Shown here piece by piece: positions 1 to 10,800 of a stretch of 64,000 nt of DNA (position 1 is the first letter of the stretch; each line of letters opens with the position of its first letter). Location of the stretch: contig JABVCE010000043.1 in NCBI GenBank assembly GCA_014905635.1, positions 1 through 64,000 on the forward strand. Direction: 5' to 3'. A program made the position numbers and the translations under genes. Origin of the DNA: Scenedesmus sp. PABB004 (lineage: Eukaryota). The notes beneath the pieces were generated by a model, which saw only the letters and a list, made by a program, of their open reading frames with translations, did not search any database and was not told the origin of the DNA.

Positions 1-301
1 CTGGCGAGGTGCAGGAACGTTTGTACGCCCGCACCGCCATGCTGATCAGCGCGCCTTTCAGCAGCACCCAGCTGAACCCCTGCGCCAGCACCAGCAGCCC
101 CGCGCACGAGAGCGCAGCATTGCGCTGCCACCAACGGCCAAAGTCAGCGTGCTGGTCGTCGCCGTCGTGCTGTCCCTGCGGCTGCCACGCGGCCTCCTGC
201 GACTCTTGCCCGCGGCTGAGCGCCGCGTCGAGCTGTGCCTGGCCCAGGGCGCGAGCGGCGGCGGCGCGGGAGGCCTCGTCGACTTCCGCTGCGTCGCCCA
301 T
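1..301 (-). CDS. Partial hypothetical protein (5' part; runs off the left edge of the window)
   Basis: ATG at 301 opens MGDAAEVDEASRAAAARALGQAQLDAALSRGQESQE... followed by a hydrophobic stretch; the frame stays open to position 1. No family recognised. Confidence 0.4.
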   Translation of the reverse strand, partial: MGDAAEVDEASRAAAARALGQAQLDAALSRGQESQEAAWQPQGQHDGDDQHADFGRWWQRNAALSCAGLLVLAQGFSWVLLKGALISMAVRAYKRSCTSP

Positions 302-314
302 CTCGCTGCCGGCC

Positions 315-346
<32 letters not shown>

Positions 347-633
347 CCCACGCGTGCTGTCGGAGTGTCTGCCAGTCGCGGCGACGGGCCAGCGAACGGC
401 GCTGGGGCAACGGCTGCGACCGCGCGCTGCTCAACAACGGACTGCTGGGCTGCGCAGCGGCGTGCGAGGGCGCGGCGTGGCGAGCTGGGGGAGGTTGCAC
501 CTGCGGCCGCACGCCAAGCGCGACAGTAGCAGCCGCGCGCGGCGCGCGCCGCGCGCGCCCGCCAGGCTGCGCCCTCGACTGCTCGGCTGCCGCGCTGTGC
601 GCAGCCGCACGCGTTCGCGCGCCGCCGAGCGCC

Positions 634-3039
634 TCAGTCCACGGGGTAGGCCTCCAGGTCAAACAGCGAGGTGCTCGTGACGCGGCAGCGCCGCATCTGG
701 CCCACCTCCAGCGGCGCCGCGGGCGCGGGCGCCGGGCGGCGGGCCGGACACAAAGACCACGGGGTCGACGTCTGGCGCGTCCCACTGCGTGCGGCCGTAG
801 AGCCAGCCGTCCTCGTTCACGCCGTCGACCAGCACGTCCACCTCGCTGCCGACCAGGGACGAGGCAAAGGCCTCGCTTATGGCCTGCTGCACCTGCACGA
901 GCTCGTCGCGCCGCCGCTGCCTTCGCGCGCACACGCCGGCGCAGCCGGGGCAGGCGTCAGCGCGCGCGGCTGGCGGCGGCGCGGCGCACGGCACGGGCCC
1001 CGCCACCGCGGCGCTTGGCGCGACCGCGGCGCTCGGCGCGGCCCCCGCGGCGCGCACCGGATGCGCTGCGGGACCTGCTCCGGCAGCTCCGCGGCGGGCG
1101 TGCCGTCCTCCTCCGAGTACACAAACGCGCCGGCGCGCTCAAACCTAAAGCACCGCACAAACTCTACCAGCTCGCGATGCGCCTCCTCGGTCTCGCCGGG
1201 AAAGCCTGCGGCGGCGCGACCGCGTGGCGCGGCGGCCGCGTGGGCGCCCCGCGCGCGCGCGCGGCGGCCGCCGCCGCGAGGCACGCTGCGCACCGGTGAT
1301 GAAGGTTGTGCGGAGGGCGAGGCCGGGGATGTTGTCGCGCAGCTTGGCGAGCAGCGCGGTGGTGTGGGCCTGGGGCGGCCTGTTCATGGCGAGCAGGGTG
1401 AGGTTGTGGATGTGCTGCAGGGGCATGTCGATGTACTTGCAGACCTTGGGGTTTGACGCGATCTCCGCGATCAGCGCGTCGTCAAAGTAGCTGGGGTAGG
1501 CGTAGAGGATGCGCAGCCAGCGCAGGCCTTCCAGCTCAGACAGCGCGCGCAGCAGCTCCGCCAGGCCGCGGCCGTCGCGCCTGTGCGGGCAGCGGGGCGC
1601 CCGGCCAAAGCTTGGCAGGCCGCCGCTGCGCGACCCCTCGGCTAGCGAGCCGGCTGCTCCGCGCGCGGCCGCACCTGTCCTGGCCGTACTGGTTTGTGTC
1701 CTCCGCGATGAGGTTGAGCTCCACCACGCCGCTCGCGACCAGGCGCCGCGCCTCGTCCTGCGCGGCAGCGGCGGGGGCGGCCCGGCGGCGGCGGGAGCTC
1801 GGCTGGGCGCGCGCCCCAGCTCACCGGCCCGCGCAGCGGGCTGGCAGGCGCGCATGGCGTGCTGCTGCGCAGCGCTGGCAGCGCTGGCAGCGTTGGTGGT
1901 GGTGGGTTGCTGCTGCCTGGCTGGATGAGGCCGGCGCGCGCGGCCGTCGGCGGCCGCCGCCGGGCACCAAGCAGCTGCGCGCGCCCCGCGCCCCGCACCA
2001 GCAGCGGCTCCCAGCCCTTGCTGCGAAACTTGCCCCGGAAGCCAGGGATGGCGCAGAACGTGCAGGCGTGGTTGCAGCCCTCCGCGACGCGCAGGTAGGC
2101 TGTGTGCCGCGGCGTCAGCCGGACGCGATCCCACTCCGCGCGGAACGGTACGGTCGCCTGCCCCACCTGCGGCGCGTGGGAGGGCGGGCGGCGGCGTGGA
2201 AAGGCAGCCGGTGGCGTGCGGCGCTCACAGCGCCGCGCAGGTGAGGTGCGTGCGGCGCTCACCTGCACCCTGCTGCCAGCGCTCCCGCTGCTGCTGCTGC
2301 TGCTGCTGGCAGCGGCCGCCGTCGGGCTGCTGCTGGTGCCGAGGCGCTCCGCCAGCGCGGCGGGCAGGGCGCCGTAGTTCTCAAAGCCCATCACCAGGTC
2401 CGCCTCGGGCAGGTCTGCCGCCAGCGCGGGCCCGTACCGCTGCGCCAGGCAGCCCGTGACCAGGATCTGGCGCCGCTTGCCGTCCTGGTTCAGGCCCGCG
2501 GCCTCAACGATGGCCTGGCCGCGGTCGCGGCAGGCGGCAGCGGCGGCGGCGGCGGTGAGCGCGGCGGCGCGCGGCAAGCGCCGCCGGGCGCGCGGCGCTG
2601 CTCGCCGCTCCGGCTGCACCTCGAGCGACTCTGCCTTTGCGTCCTCAACGAACGCGCAGGTGTTGATGATGATCGCGTCCGCGGCCTCTGAGTCGCTGGT
2701 GACCTCAAAGCCTGAACGGACGAGATCGCCCAGCATCACCTCGCCTGCGCTCACGGGCGGCAGCGGTGGTGGCACGGCCGCCGGCAGCCGCGGGCCGCCG
2801 CCGCGCTGCCGCCTCTCGCAGCGCCGCGCACCGTCGACCACGTTCTTGGCGCAGCCCAGAGATACCATGCTCACGCGCTTGGGCCCGGGCGGCGCCGCGT
2901 CGGCCGGCAGCGGGGCCGCTGGCGGCGCAGGCGCCGCAGACGCGCGGCAGGCCAGCCGCCGCCGGCGCGCGCCCGCCGGCGCTCGTTGGCAGCAGCTGCT
3001 GCTGTGGCTGCAGTGGCGGCCCAGGGCGAGCGGCGCCAT
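634..3039 (-). CDS. rimO: Ribosomal protein S12 methylthiotransferase RimO (radical SAM, MTTase family), multi-exon, probable plastid transit peptide
   Basis: [26 protein letters not shown] (UPF0004 cysteines); [19 protein letters not shown] (CxxxCxxC); [46 protein letters not shown] domain [11 protein letters not shown]...[10 protein letters not shown]. Ala/Arg/Ser-rich N-terminus. Apparent 1-nt frameshift near 725. Confidence 0.93.
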
Positions 3040-3403
3040 GGCCCCGGCGGCTGCGCTTGTGGCGGCGGCGGCGCTGCTGCCGGCGCGGCTGGGGGGGGGG
3101 GGGGCGCAAAGCCTCTCCACTCCGGCGACGTGCCGTGGTCGGGTGTAGCTCTGTGATGCGTCGCCGGCAGCTCCCGCGTTTGCAGGCCCGGGGAACTGGC
3201 CGGCCGCGATTCTGTCTGTTTGGGCTTGCCACACTGCGCTCAGCGACTGCCAGTCCGCTCGCCCACATCGCCACACCCCCACACGCGCGCCGTGCACACC
3301 GCGCGCTCGCCGCCGCCGCGGCCAGCCGCCGCCCGGAACAGCGCTCCTGCTCCCGGCGCTGCCGCCGCGCGCGCGCGGCAATTCGCCCCAATCCGGTGGC
3401 GCC

Positions 3404-6400
3404 ATGTCGGCGCTGGAGGCGATCCTGTACGCCGGCGGCAAGCTGCAGCTGCTTGACCAGCGCCTGCTGCCGCACGAGACGGTCTACCTCGACGTCCCCG
3501 ATCCCACGGCCGCGTGGCAGCACATCAAGGCGCGCGCGCACGCGCAGCGCGCGGCCGCGGCCGCGCGCCGCCCCAGCCCACAGCACGCGCCGCACGCGCA
3601 GGACATGGTCGTGCGCGGCGCGCCCGCGATCGGCGTGACGGGCGCCCTCGCGCTGGCGGTGCACCTGTCCGGCCGCGGCGGCGGCGCGCAGTACGCGAGC
3701 GTCGGGGCGTGCGTGGCCGACATCGCCACGACCATAGACTACCTAGTCACCAGGCGCGCGGCGTGCGAGCACGGGGGGCGCGCGCAGGCAAGGGAGCGTG
3801 CGCGGCTGGCCGAGCGCCGCCTGCGCCCGCATGCGCGCAGCCGGCCGACGGCGGTCAACCTCGCCGACTCTGCGGTGAAGCTCAAGGCCGTGGCGGCGGC
3901 GGCGGCGGCGGCCGCGGGTGCGACGCCAGCGTCCGTGGTGGCTGCCGTGGTGGCCGCGGCCGAGGCCACGCTGGCCGAGGACATCGCCGCCAACAAGGTG
4001 CGCCGTGCCGGGGGGGGGGGGGGGGGGACAGCAGCGGCGCCTTCAGCGCCGGCGGCCCCCTCACGTGCCGGCTGCGGCCCCGTGCCGCTCGCCTGGGCAG
4101 GCCATCGGCGCGGCGGGCGCCGCCGCGCTGCTGTCGGCGGTCGCGGCGCGCGGCAAGGCGCGTCCCAGCGGCAAGGTGACGGTGCTGACGCACTGCAACA
4201 CCGGCAGCCTCGCCACGGCGGGGTACGGCACCGCGCTGGGCGTGGTGCGCGCGCTGCATGAGATGGGCCGCCTGGAACGCTGCTACGCCTGCGAGACGCG
4301 CCCGTACAACCAGGGTGCGGCGGCGCGGCGGCGCTCGGCGGCGCAGCACGGCAGGGGCGCGCTGCGCGAGGCGCCGGCGGCGCGGCCCGCGGCGTGCTGA
4401 GCAGTGTGTGTGCGCGCGCGTGCGCCGTGGGCGCGTCCGCGCCCGCAGGTGCGCGCCTGACCGCGTTTGAGCTGGTGCACGACGGCCTGCCCGCGACGCT
4501 GCTGGTGGACAGCGCCGCCGCGGCGCTCATGGCGGCGGGCGACGTGGACGCGGTGGTCGTGGGCGCGGACCGCGTGGTGGCCAATGGCGACGCCGCCAAC
4601 AAGATTGGCACCTTCAGCCACGCCGTGGCGGCGGCACGGCACGGGGTGCCCTTCTTTGTCGCCGCGCCGACGACCACGCTGGACTCGGGGCTGGCGGCGG
4701 GGCGCGACATCGAGATTGAGCAGCGCCCCGCCGAGGAGATCACGCACTTCCGGGGCACGCGCGTGGTCGTGGACGGCATACACGTGCGCGCACCGCCCCG
4801 CACCGCACCGCACGCCGCACCGCGCCCGCCGCCGCGGCCAGCGCGCCGCACGCAGCCCGGCGCCGCGGCCGGGCGGCCACGCCGCGGGCCCGCGCGCGCG
4901 GGGCGCAGGTGTGGAACCCCTGCTTTGACGTCACGCCTGGGCCCCTGATCGAGGGCATCATCACCGAGGAGGGGCTCGTGCCCCGCGACGTCGCCAGCGG
5001 CGCGCACCGCGTGGCCGACTTCATGGCCGCGCGCGCAGCGCGCCTCAGCGCCGCGGCGCCGCCCGCGGGTAGCGCCGGTGCGCTGCACTCGCGCGCGCTG
5101 CGGCAGGCCCGGGTGCTGCGCGCTGGCGGCGCCGGCCCCCGCCGCCTGCAGCCAGCCGCCAAGCTGAGCTCGCGCCCCTGCCTGCGCCAGGCGCCGCGCC
5201 CGCGGTCAAGGCCAGCAGCGGCGTGAGCGCGCTCGGCACCGTCGGCGTCGCGGCCTTCCTGGCGGCGCGGCTCGCGCTGGCGGCGCGGGTGGGTCCGCCT
5301 GGCAGCGAGGGCAGCTGGTCCGTGGAGGAGGTGGGGGACGGCAACCTCAACTTTGTGTACATCGTCAAGGTGACCACCACACGCGCGCGCGCGGGGCATG
5401 GTGGGCCGGGGCCAGCCGGCGCGCCCGCGCGCTCGCACTCTCGCGGCGGCGCCACGTGCCGCCGCCGCCGGCAACCGCGCTCGCAGGGGCCCGCCGGGGG
5501 CGTTTGTGTGAAGCAGGCGCTGCCGTACGTGCGCTGCGTGGGCGAGGGCTGGCCGCTGAGCCAGGACCGCGCGCGCATCGAGGCGGAGGCGCTGCAGCTG
5601 GAGCACAAGCTCTGCCCCGAGCACGTGCCCGAGGTCGGCACGCCGCGGCTGTGTTGCCGCGCCCCGCCCTGCCCCGCCCACACCCACGCGCGCCCGCGGT
5701 GGCGCGCGGTGACATGCACCCCTCCTCCCCCTCGCGCGCGGCAGGTGTACCACTACGACCCCGCCGGGGCAGTGGTGGTCATGGAGCTGCTGGGCGCGCC
5801 CGCCGTCATCCTGCGCCACGCGATCGTGGCGGGCCGCACCTTCCCCGCCGTCGGGCGGCACACAGGCCGCTTCCTGGCCGACACGCTCTTCAACACCAGC
5901 CTGCTCGCCCTCGATTCGCGCGGCTTCAGGGAACTGGTGGTGCGCTTCACCAACCCGGACCTCTGTGCGCTGACCGAGCAGGTCATCTTCACAGACCCCT
6001 ACACCGACTCGCACCACAACCGCTGGACCAGCCCCCACCTCGACGCCGACGCGGCCGCGCTGCGCGGCGACGCGGAGGCCAAGGCGGCCGTGACCGCGCT
6101 CAAGCGGAAGTTCTGCTGCAACGCAGACGCCCTCGTCCACGGCGACCTGCACACGGGCAGCATCATGGTGCGCCGCGGCCGCCGCGGCCCGCCGCGCAGC
6201 GGGCTAGTCGCGCGCGCCGCCCCCGCCGCCGAGCGCCGCCCCCGCCGCCGAGCGCCGCGCGCGCCGCGGCGTGCAGGTGACAGGGGAGGCCAGTAAGGTG
6301 ATCGACCCCGAGTTTGCGTTCATGGGCCCGCTGTCGTTTGACCCCGCCAAGATCACGGCCGAGCTGCTCATCGCCTTCTTCGCCAGCGACGGCCACGAGG

Positions 6401-6964
6401 CCGCGCCGGGCGCGGCCAGCAGGGCGGCGCAGCGCGCGTGGCTGCTGGACTGCATCGCCGAGCTGTGGGACACCTTCACCGCGCGGTGCGGCGCACGGCG
6501 CGGCCCGGCCAGCGGGGGTGCCGAGGGGGCCGGGCCCGCCCGCCCTGCGTGCCGCTCAGCGCCGCGCGCGCCGCAGGTTCCTGGAGCTCTGGACGGCCAA
6601 GGCGGACGCCGGCAGCGGCGACCTCTGCCCGCCGGCGGTGCTGGGCAGCGCCACCGCCAACGGCCGCGCCGCGCTCGCGGCCTGCCAGTCGGCGCTGCTG
6701 GCTGAGCTCTTTGCCGACGCCGTGGGCTTTGCGGGCGCGTTCATCATCCGCCGCCTCGTCGGCATCGCGCACACGGCAGACATGGACAGCATCGCCAGCG
6801 ACGACGCGCGCGCCGCGTGCGAGCGCCGCGCGCTGCGCTTCGGCCGCCACCTGCTCGTCCAGGGCGGCGCCGCGTACCGCGACATCCGTGCCCTCACCGC
6901 CGCGGCGGCGGCGGCGCGCCAGGTGGATGGCCTGCCCGCGCACGCCGAGGCGGCGGCGGTCTGA
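3404..6964 (+). CDS. mtnA-mtnK: Fused methylthioribose-1-phosphate isomerase (MtnA/MRI1) + methylthioribose kinase (MtnK/MTK1), multi-exon
   Basis: MtnA motifs: [83 protein letters not shown]. MtnK motifs: [59 protein letters not shown] phase-1 GT-AG intron at 5078-5190 joins the two in frame. Confidence 0.88.
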
Positions 6965-7401
6965 CGCGGGGCGTGCGGTCGCTGCGGGGTGGCGGCGGCG
7001 GCTGCACGCGCCGACGCGCCGACTGAAACGCACGCCCAGGGCGCATCCCATCGCAGCTCGCGCCCTCGCGCTCCTAACCCCATTCCAGCCACGCCGCACG
7101 ACCAGGCGGCTCAGCGGCTGCCGCGTGCGTGCGGCGCTCAGGCGTTCAGCGACGCGGCACGGCATCAGCGCTCGTGCTGCTGTGCTGCTGTGCTGCTGCG
7201 CCCGACTCGCGCCCCGGCGCCCCGCACGCGGACCCCGCGTCTCTCCCGCTTCGGCTTCGCCGGCGGCCGGCGGCCGGCCTGTGATGCGGCGCGGCCTGCG
7301 GGGCGCGCTGCAGCAGCGGCGGCACGCCGGCGCGCCGAATGGCGCAGCCGCGGCGCAGCCCGGCGTATGAGCACCTCTGCGAAAACGCTGGGGCAGACGC
7401 C

Positions 7402-7801
7402 ATGGATCCAGCTGCGCAGGCGATGCGGGCGCTCAACGCAGACCCCAGGGACCCCGCGCCGCTGCCAGGCGAGCGGGACCTGACCCACCTGAGCGAGGCC
7501 GAGCTGGAGGAGCTGGCCGCGAAGGCCCGCAAGGTGTCGCCCACCATCCAGGAGCTGCAGAACAAGCTGGCCAGCAACCGCAACTCGCTGGCGGGCATCC
7601 TCGACAACAAGAACGAGACCAAGCTCGGCGCCATGATCACCAGCATTCGCGCAGCAATCATCCTGGGCCAGCGCGCGGAGCGCGGCAAGGCCTTGATACA
7701 GGTGGGCGGCAGCCGCAAGCCCCCCACTGGGCCGGTGCGCGGGCTGCGCGCCGCCGTCTCACAGACTGAACCTGACGCGCGCCGCCACGTGCGCGCCCGC
7801 C

Positions 7802-7834
<33 letters not shown>

Positions 7835-10800
7835 GCAGCAGCAGGCAGACCAGCTGCTGGCGCCCTCGGGCGGCGCGCAGCACTCTGGGCACGTTCCAGT
7901 CGGTCCTGCGGGGTGGTTCCGCCAAGGCCAAGTGGGTGGTGTGGTGGCTGTGGCGCCACGGCCTGGCGCGGACCGCGTGCGCCGCTCGCCCCGCTGGGCC
8001 AGGCCTCACGGCGCTCGCCCGCCCACGTCACTCGCAGGGCCGCGGCGCCCACAACCTCCCTCGTGGCGCCAACAGCAGCCGCCAGGCGGCGGCGATGGCG
8101 CCGCCAGCGCGGGGCGCGGCAGTGGGGCGCGGCGTGGCGCTGGACTACCCGCACGCGCTGGGGCCGCCGGCGGCGCCGACGGCGCGCGAGCGGAGTGCGT
8201 GGCACCCGGGGGGGAGGGGGGGGCACGCTGCCGCCGCGGCGCTCGCGCCTAGGCGCGCCGCCTTTGCTCGCGCGCCCTCACACACCTCTGCTGCCGCGCT
8301 GCGCAGGCGTGTACGAGCAGCACCAGTACAAGGAGCCGCCGAAGCACCAAACGGCTGTGGCCAAGTACAAGGCGGAGCTGCCGCTGCAGCAGCAGCAGCA
8401 GTGGGGGCAGAAGCTGGTGCTGGCGCCCTCCCAGCCGCTCAAGGGGCTTGCCGGTCTGAGCAGCGCCGGCGCCGGCACGGAGGGCTGGTGAGCTGCCAAG
8501 GCACCTGCTGCGCGCAGCGGCCTGTGCAGCATGCAGCCACCCCGCCCGCGTCTGAGCGGGCTGCGGCCGCGCCTGCTGCGCAGGAGCGTGGCGGCCAAGT
8601 GCAGCAAGTGCGGGGGCCCCCTGCCGTCGAGCAGCATCGCGCACGCGCACAGCCAGGTCTGCGGCAAGTGCAGCGTGCCGCCGGGACGCGTGGAGGTGAG
8701 AGCAGCGGCGCGGCGGCACAATCGCAGGCGGGCGCTGCTTGGGCGCTCCTGCACACACGGGGCGTGCCCGCTGCACCCCCGCAGGCCGCCCCGCTGCGCT
8801 CAGACAAGGTGCCCGCGCAGGCCCCGGCGCGCGCGGGCGGCAGCGCAGCTGGGGGCGCCAGCAAGCGTGGCAGCGCCAACGCGCGGTTGAGCAGGCACGG
8901 CAGCAAGGTGGGCGTGTGCCGCGGCGCGCCGCAAGCGCGGGGCCGGGCGGGCGCGGCTGAGACGGCGCGGCGCGGCACGCAGGACACGCCGATCACCATC
9001 GGCGACAGCGACGACGACGGCGACGACGGCGGCGCGCCCGAGCTGGCACAGCAGGAGGACGGCGCGGCGCGGCGGCGCAGCGCGCGCATCAGCGTCGACA
9101 TCGGCCCCGGCGCGGCCATCAAGTTTGCGGTGCGTGCCCGCGCACCACGCGCGTCGCGCAGCGTGCCACGTGGGCGCCGCGCCGCGTGCCTGGCCGAGCC
9201 CACGCGTCGCGCCGGCGCCGCAGGGCCTGGCGGCGCTGTTCCCGCCTGGCGGCGGCCGCGGCGCGGTGCGCGTGACGCCGGACGACCTGGCGCGGCTCGA
9301 CCCGGACGAGTTCCTGAACGACACGGTCATTGACTACGCGCTCAAGTGAGGGGGGGGGGGGGCAGGGGCGCAGCGGACGGGCGTGGCACGCGTGCAATGG
9401 CCCCGCCGCTGCGCGCAGGCGTCTGGAGAGCTCGCTGCCGGCGGGCGAGGCGGGGCGGTGGCACTTTTTCAACTCCTTCTTCTTCAAGAAGCTCACCGAG
9501 CGCGACACAGGCGCCGCCAAGCCGCCCGGCAAGGCCGCCGCCGCGCAGCGCAGCCACGCGCGCGTCAAGTCGTGGACCAAGGCGCGCCGCGGCGGGGGGC
9601 GGCGGGGTGTGGGGCGCCCGGCACGGCGGCGGCGCGCGTGCGCCCGGCGCGCCCACTGCCCGCGCTGCCTGCTGCCCGCGTGCGCCGCAGGGTGTGGACA
9701 TCTTTGGCAAGGACTTCCTGGTCGTGCCCATCCACGACGCGCTGCACTGGAGCCTCGCCATCGTCTGCCACCCGCGCCTGCTCGGCGCCGGCGCCGCCGC
9801 GACGGCGGGCGCGGCCCGCACGCCAGCGGGCGCGGCAGCCATCGCGCGCCAGGCGGCGACGACGGCGGGGCCGCCATGGACCGCCGGAGACGCAGCGCCG
9901 GCGGCAACGCCCTGCATCCTGCACCTGGACAGCATGGCAGGTGCGGTGCCTCCCCCGCGCGCGACGGGAGCGCTAGGGGGGGGGGGCGGTGTGGTGGCTG
10001 GTTTCTGCGCGTTTTGAGTGCTCCCCCGCCACGCGCGCACGCCAGGCGGCCACAACAACGGCAGCCGGCTGGTCGCCCCTGCGCTGCGGACGTACCTGGA
10101 GCAGGAGTGGAAGGCCCGCGCGGAGCGGGAGCGCGCGCCGGCGCAGGCGGACGGCGCGCAGGCGGCAGCACCAGAGGCGCTCGACTTGAGCGGCCAGGTG
10201 CGCCGCGCTGCGCGCGCTGCGCTCACCGCTCGCTGCGCGCGCAGCGCCGCCGCACACGGCCCCGGGCCGCCAGCTGCCGTGACGCCCTGCCCGCGCCGCG
10301 CGGCCGCGCAGGCGCTGCCGTTCAAGCGCCTGGCGTGGCTGCCCAAGCAGGACAACCACTGCGACTGCGGGCTGTTTGTGCTGACGTATGCCAGCTTCTT
10401 CGCCGCCGCCGCGCCGCGCGTCATCAGCATCGCCGCGGTTGAGGCCAACAGGAAGGGCACGGGTGCGCATCCCCGACGAGGCCCGGGCGCCGCCGCTCGG
10501 CGCGGGGTGCTCCTCGGCGCAGCGGCGCCGCGCTCGCCCTGCGCCCCCGCCGCGCCGCGACGCCCCCGTCGTGCCTGCGCGCGCCCCCGCCGCCGCAGGC
10601 GCCCTCTGCGCGCACCAGCCGCTGCTGCTGAGCGAGGCGTGGTTTGACCCTGCCGTCGCGTCGTGCCTGCGCGCGCGCCTGCGGGCGGACCTGCTGCAGT
10701 TCATGGTCGACCAGGCGCCCGACAAGCACGCCACAGCCGTCGCCGCGGCGGTGGCGGAGGTGGCCGACTACCACGCGGCCGTGGACGCCGCGCGCGCGCG

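Noticed and set aside
3090..3105. Poly-G/poly-C runs (also ~4010, 9349, 11625, 30470, 40072, 63414)
   Set aside because: Common in introns and UTRs here and of unreliable length; no specific function can be supported.
634..6964. Bacterial operon, contamination or recent HGT (rimO, mtnA, mtnK)
   Set aside because: All carry spliceosomal introns and host-like composition, and they sit among clearly eukaryotic genes.
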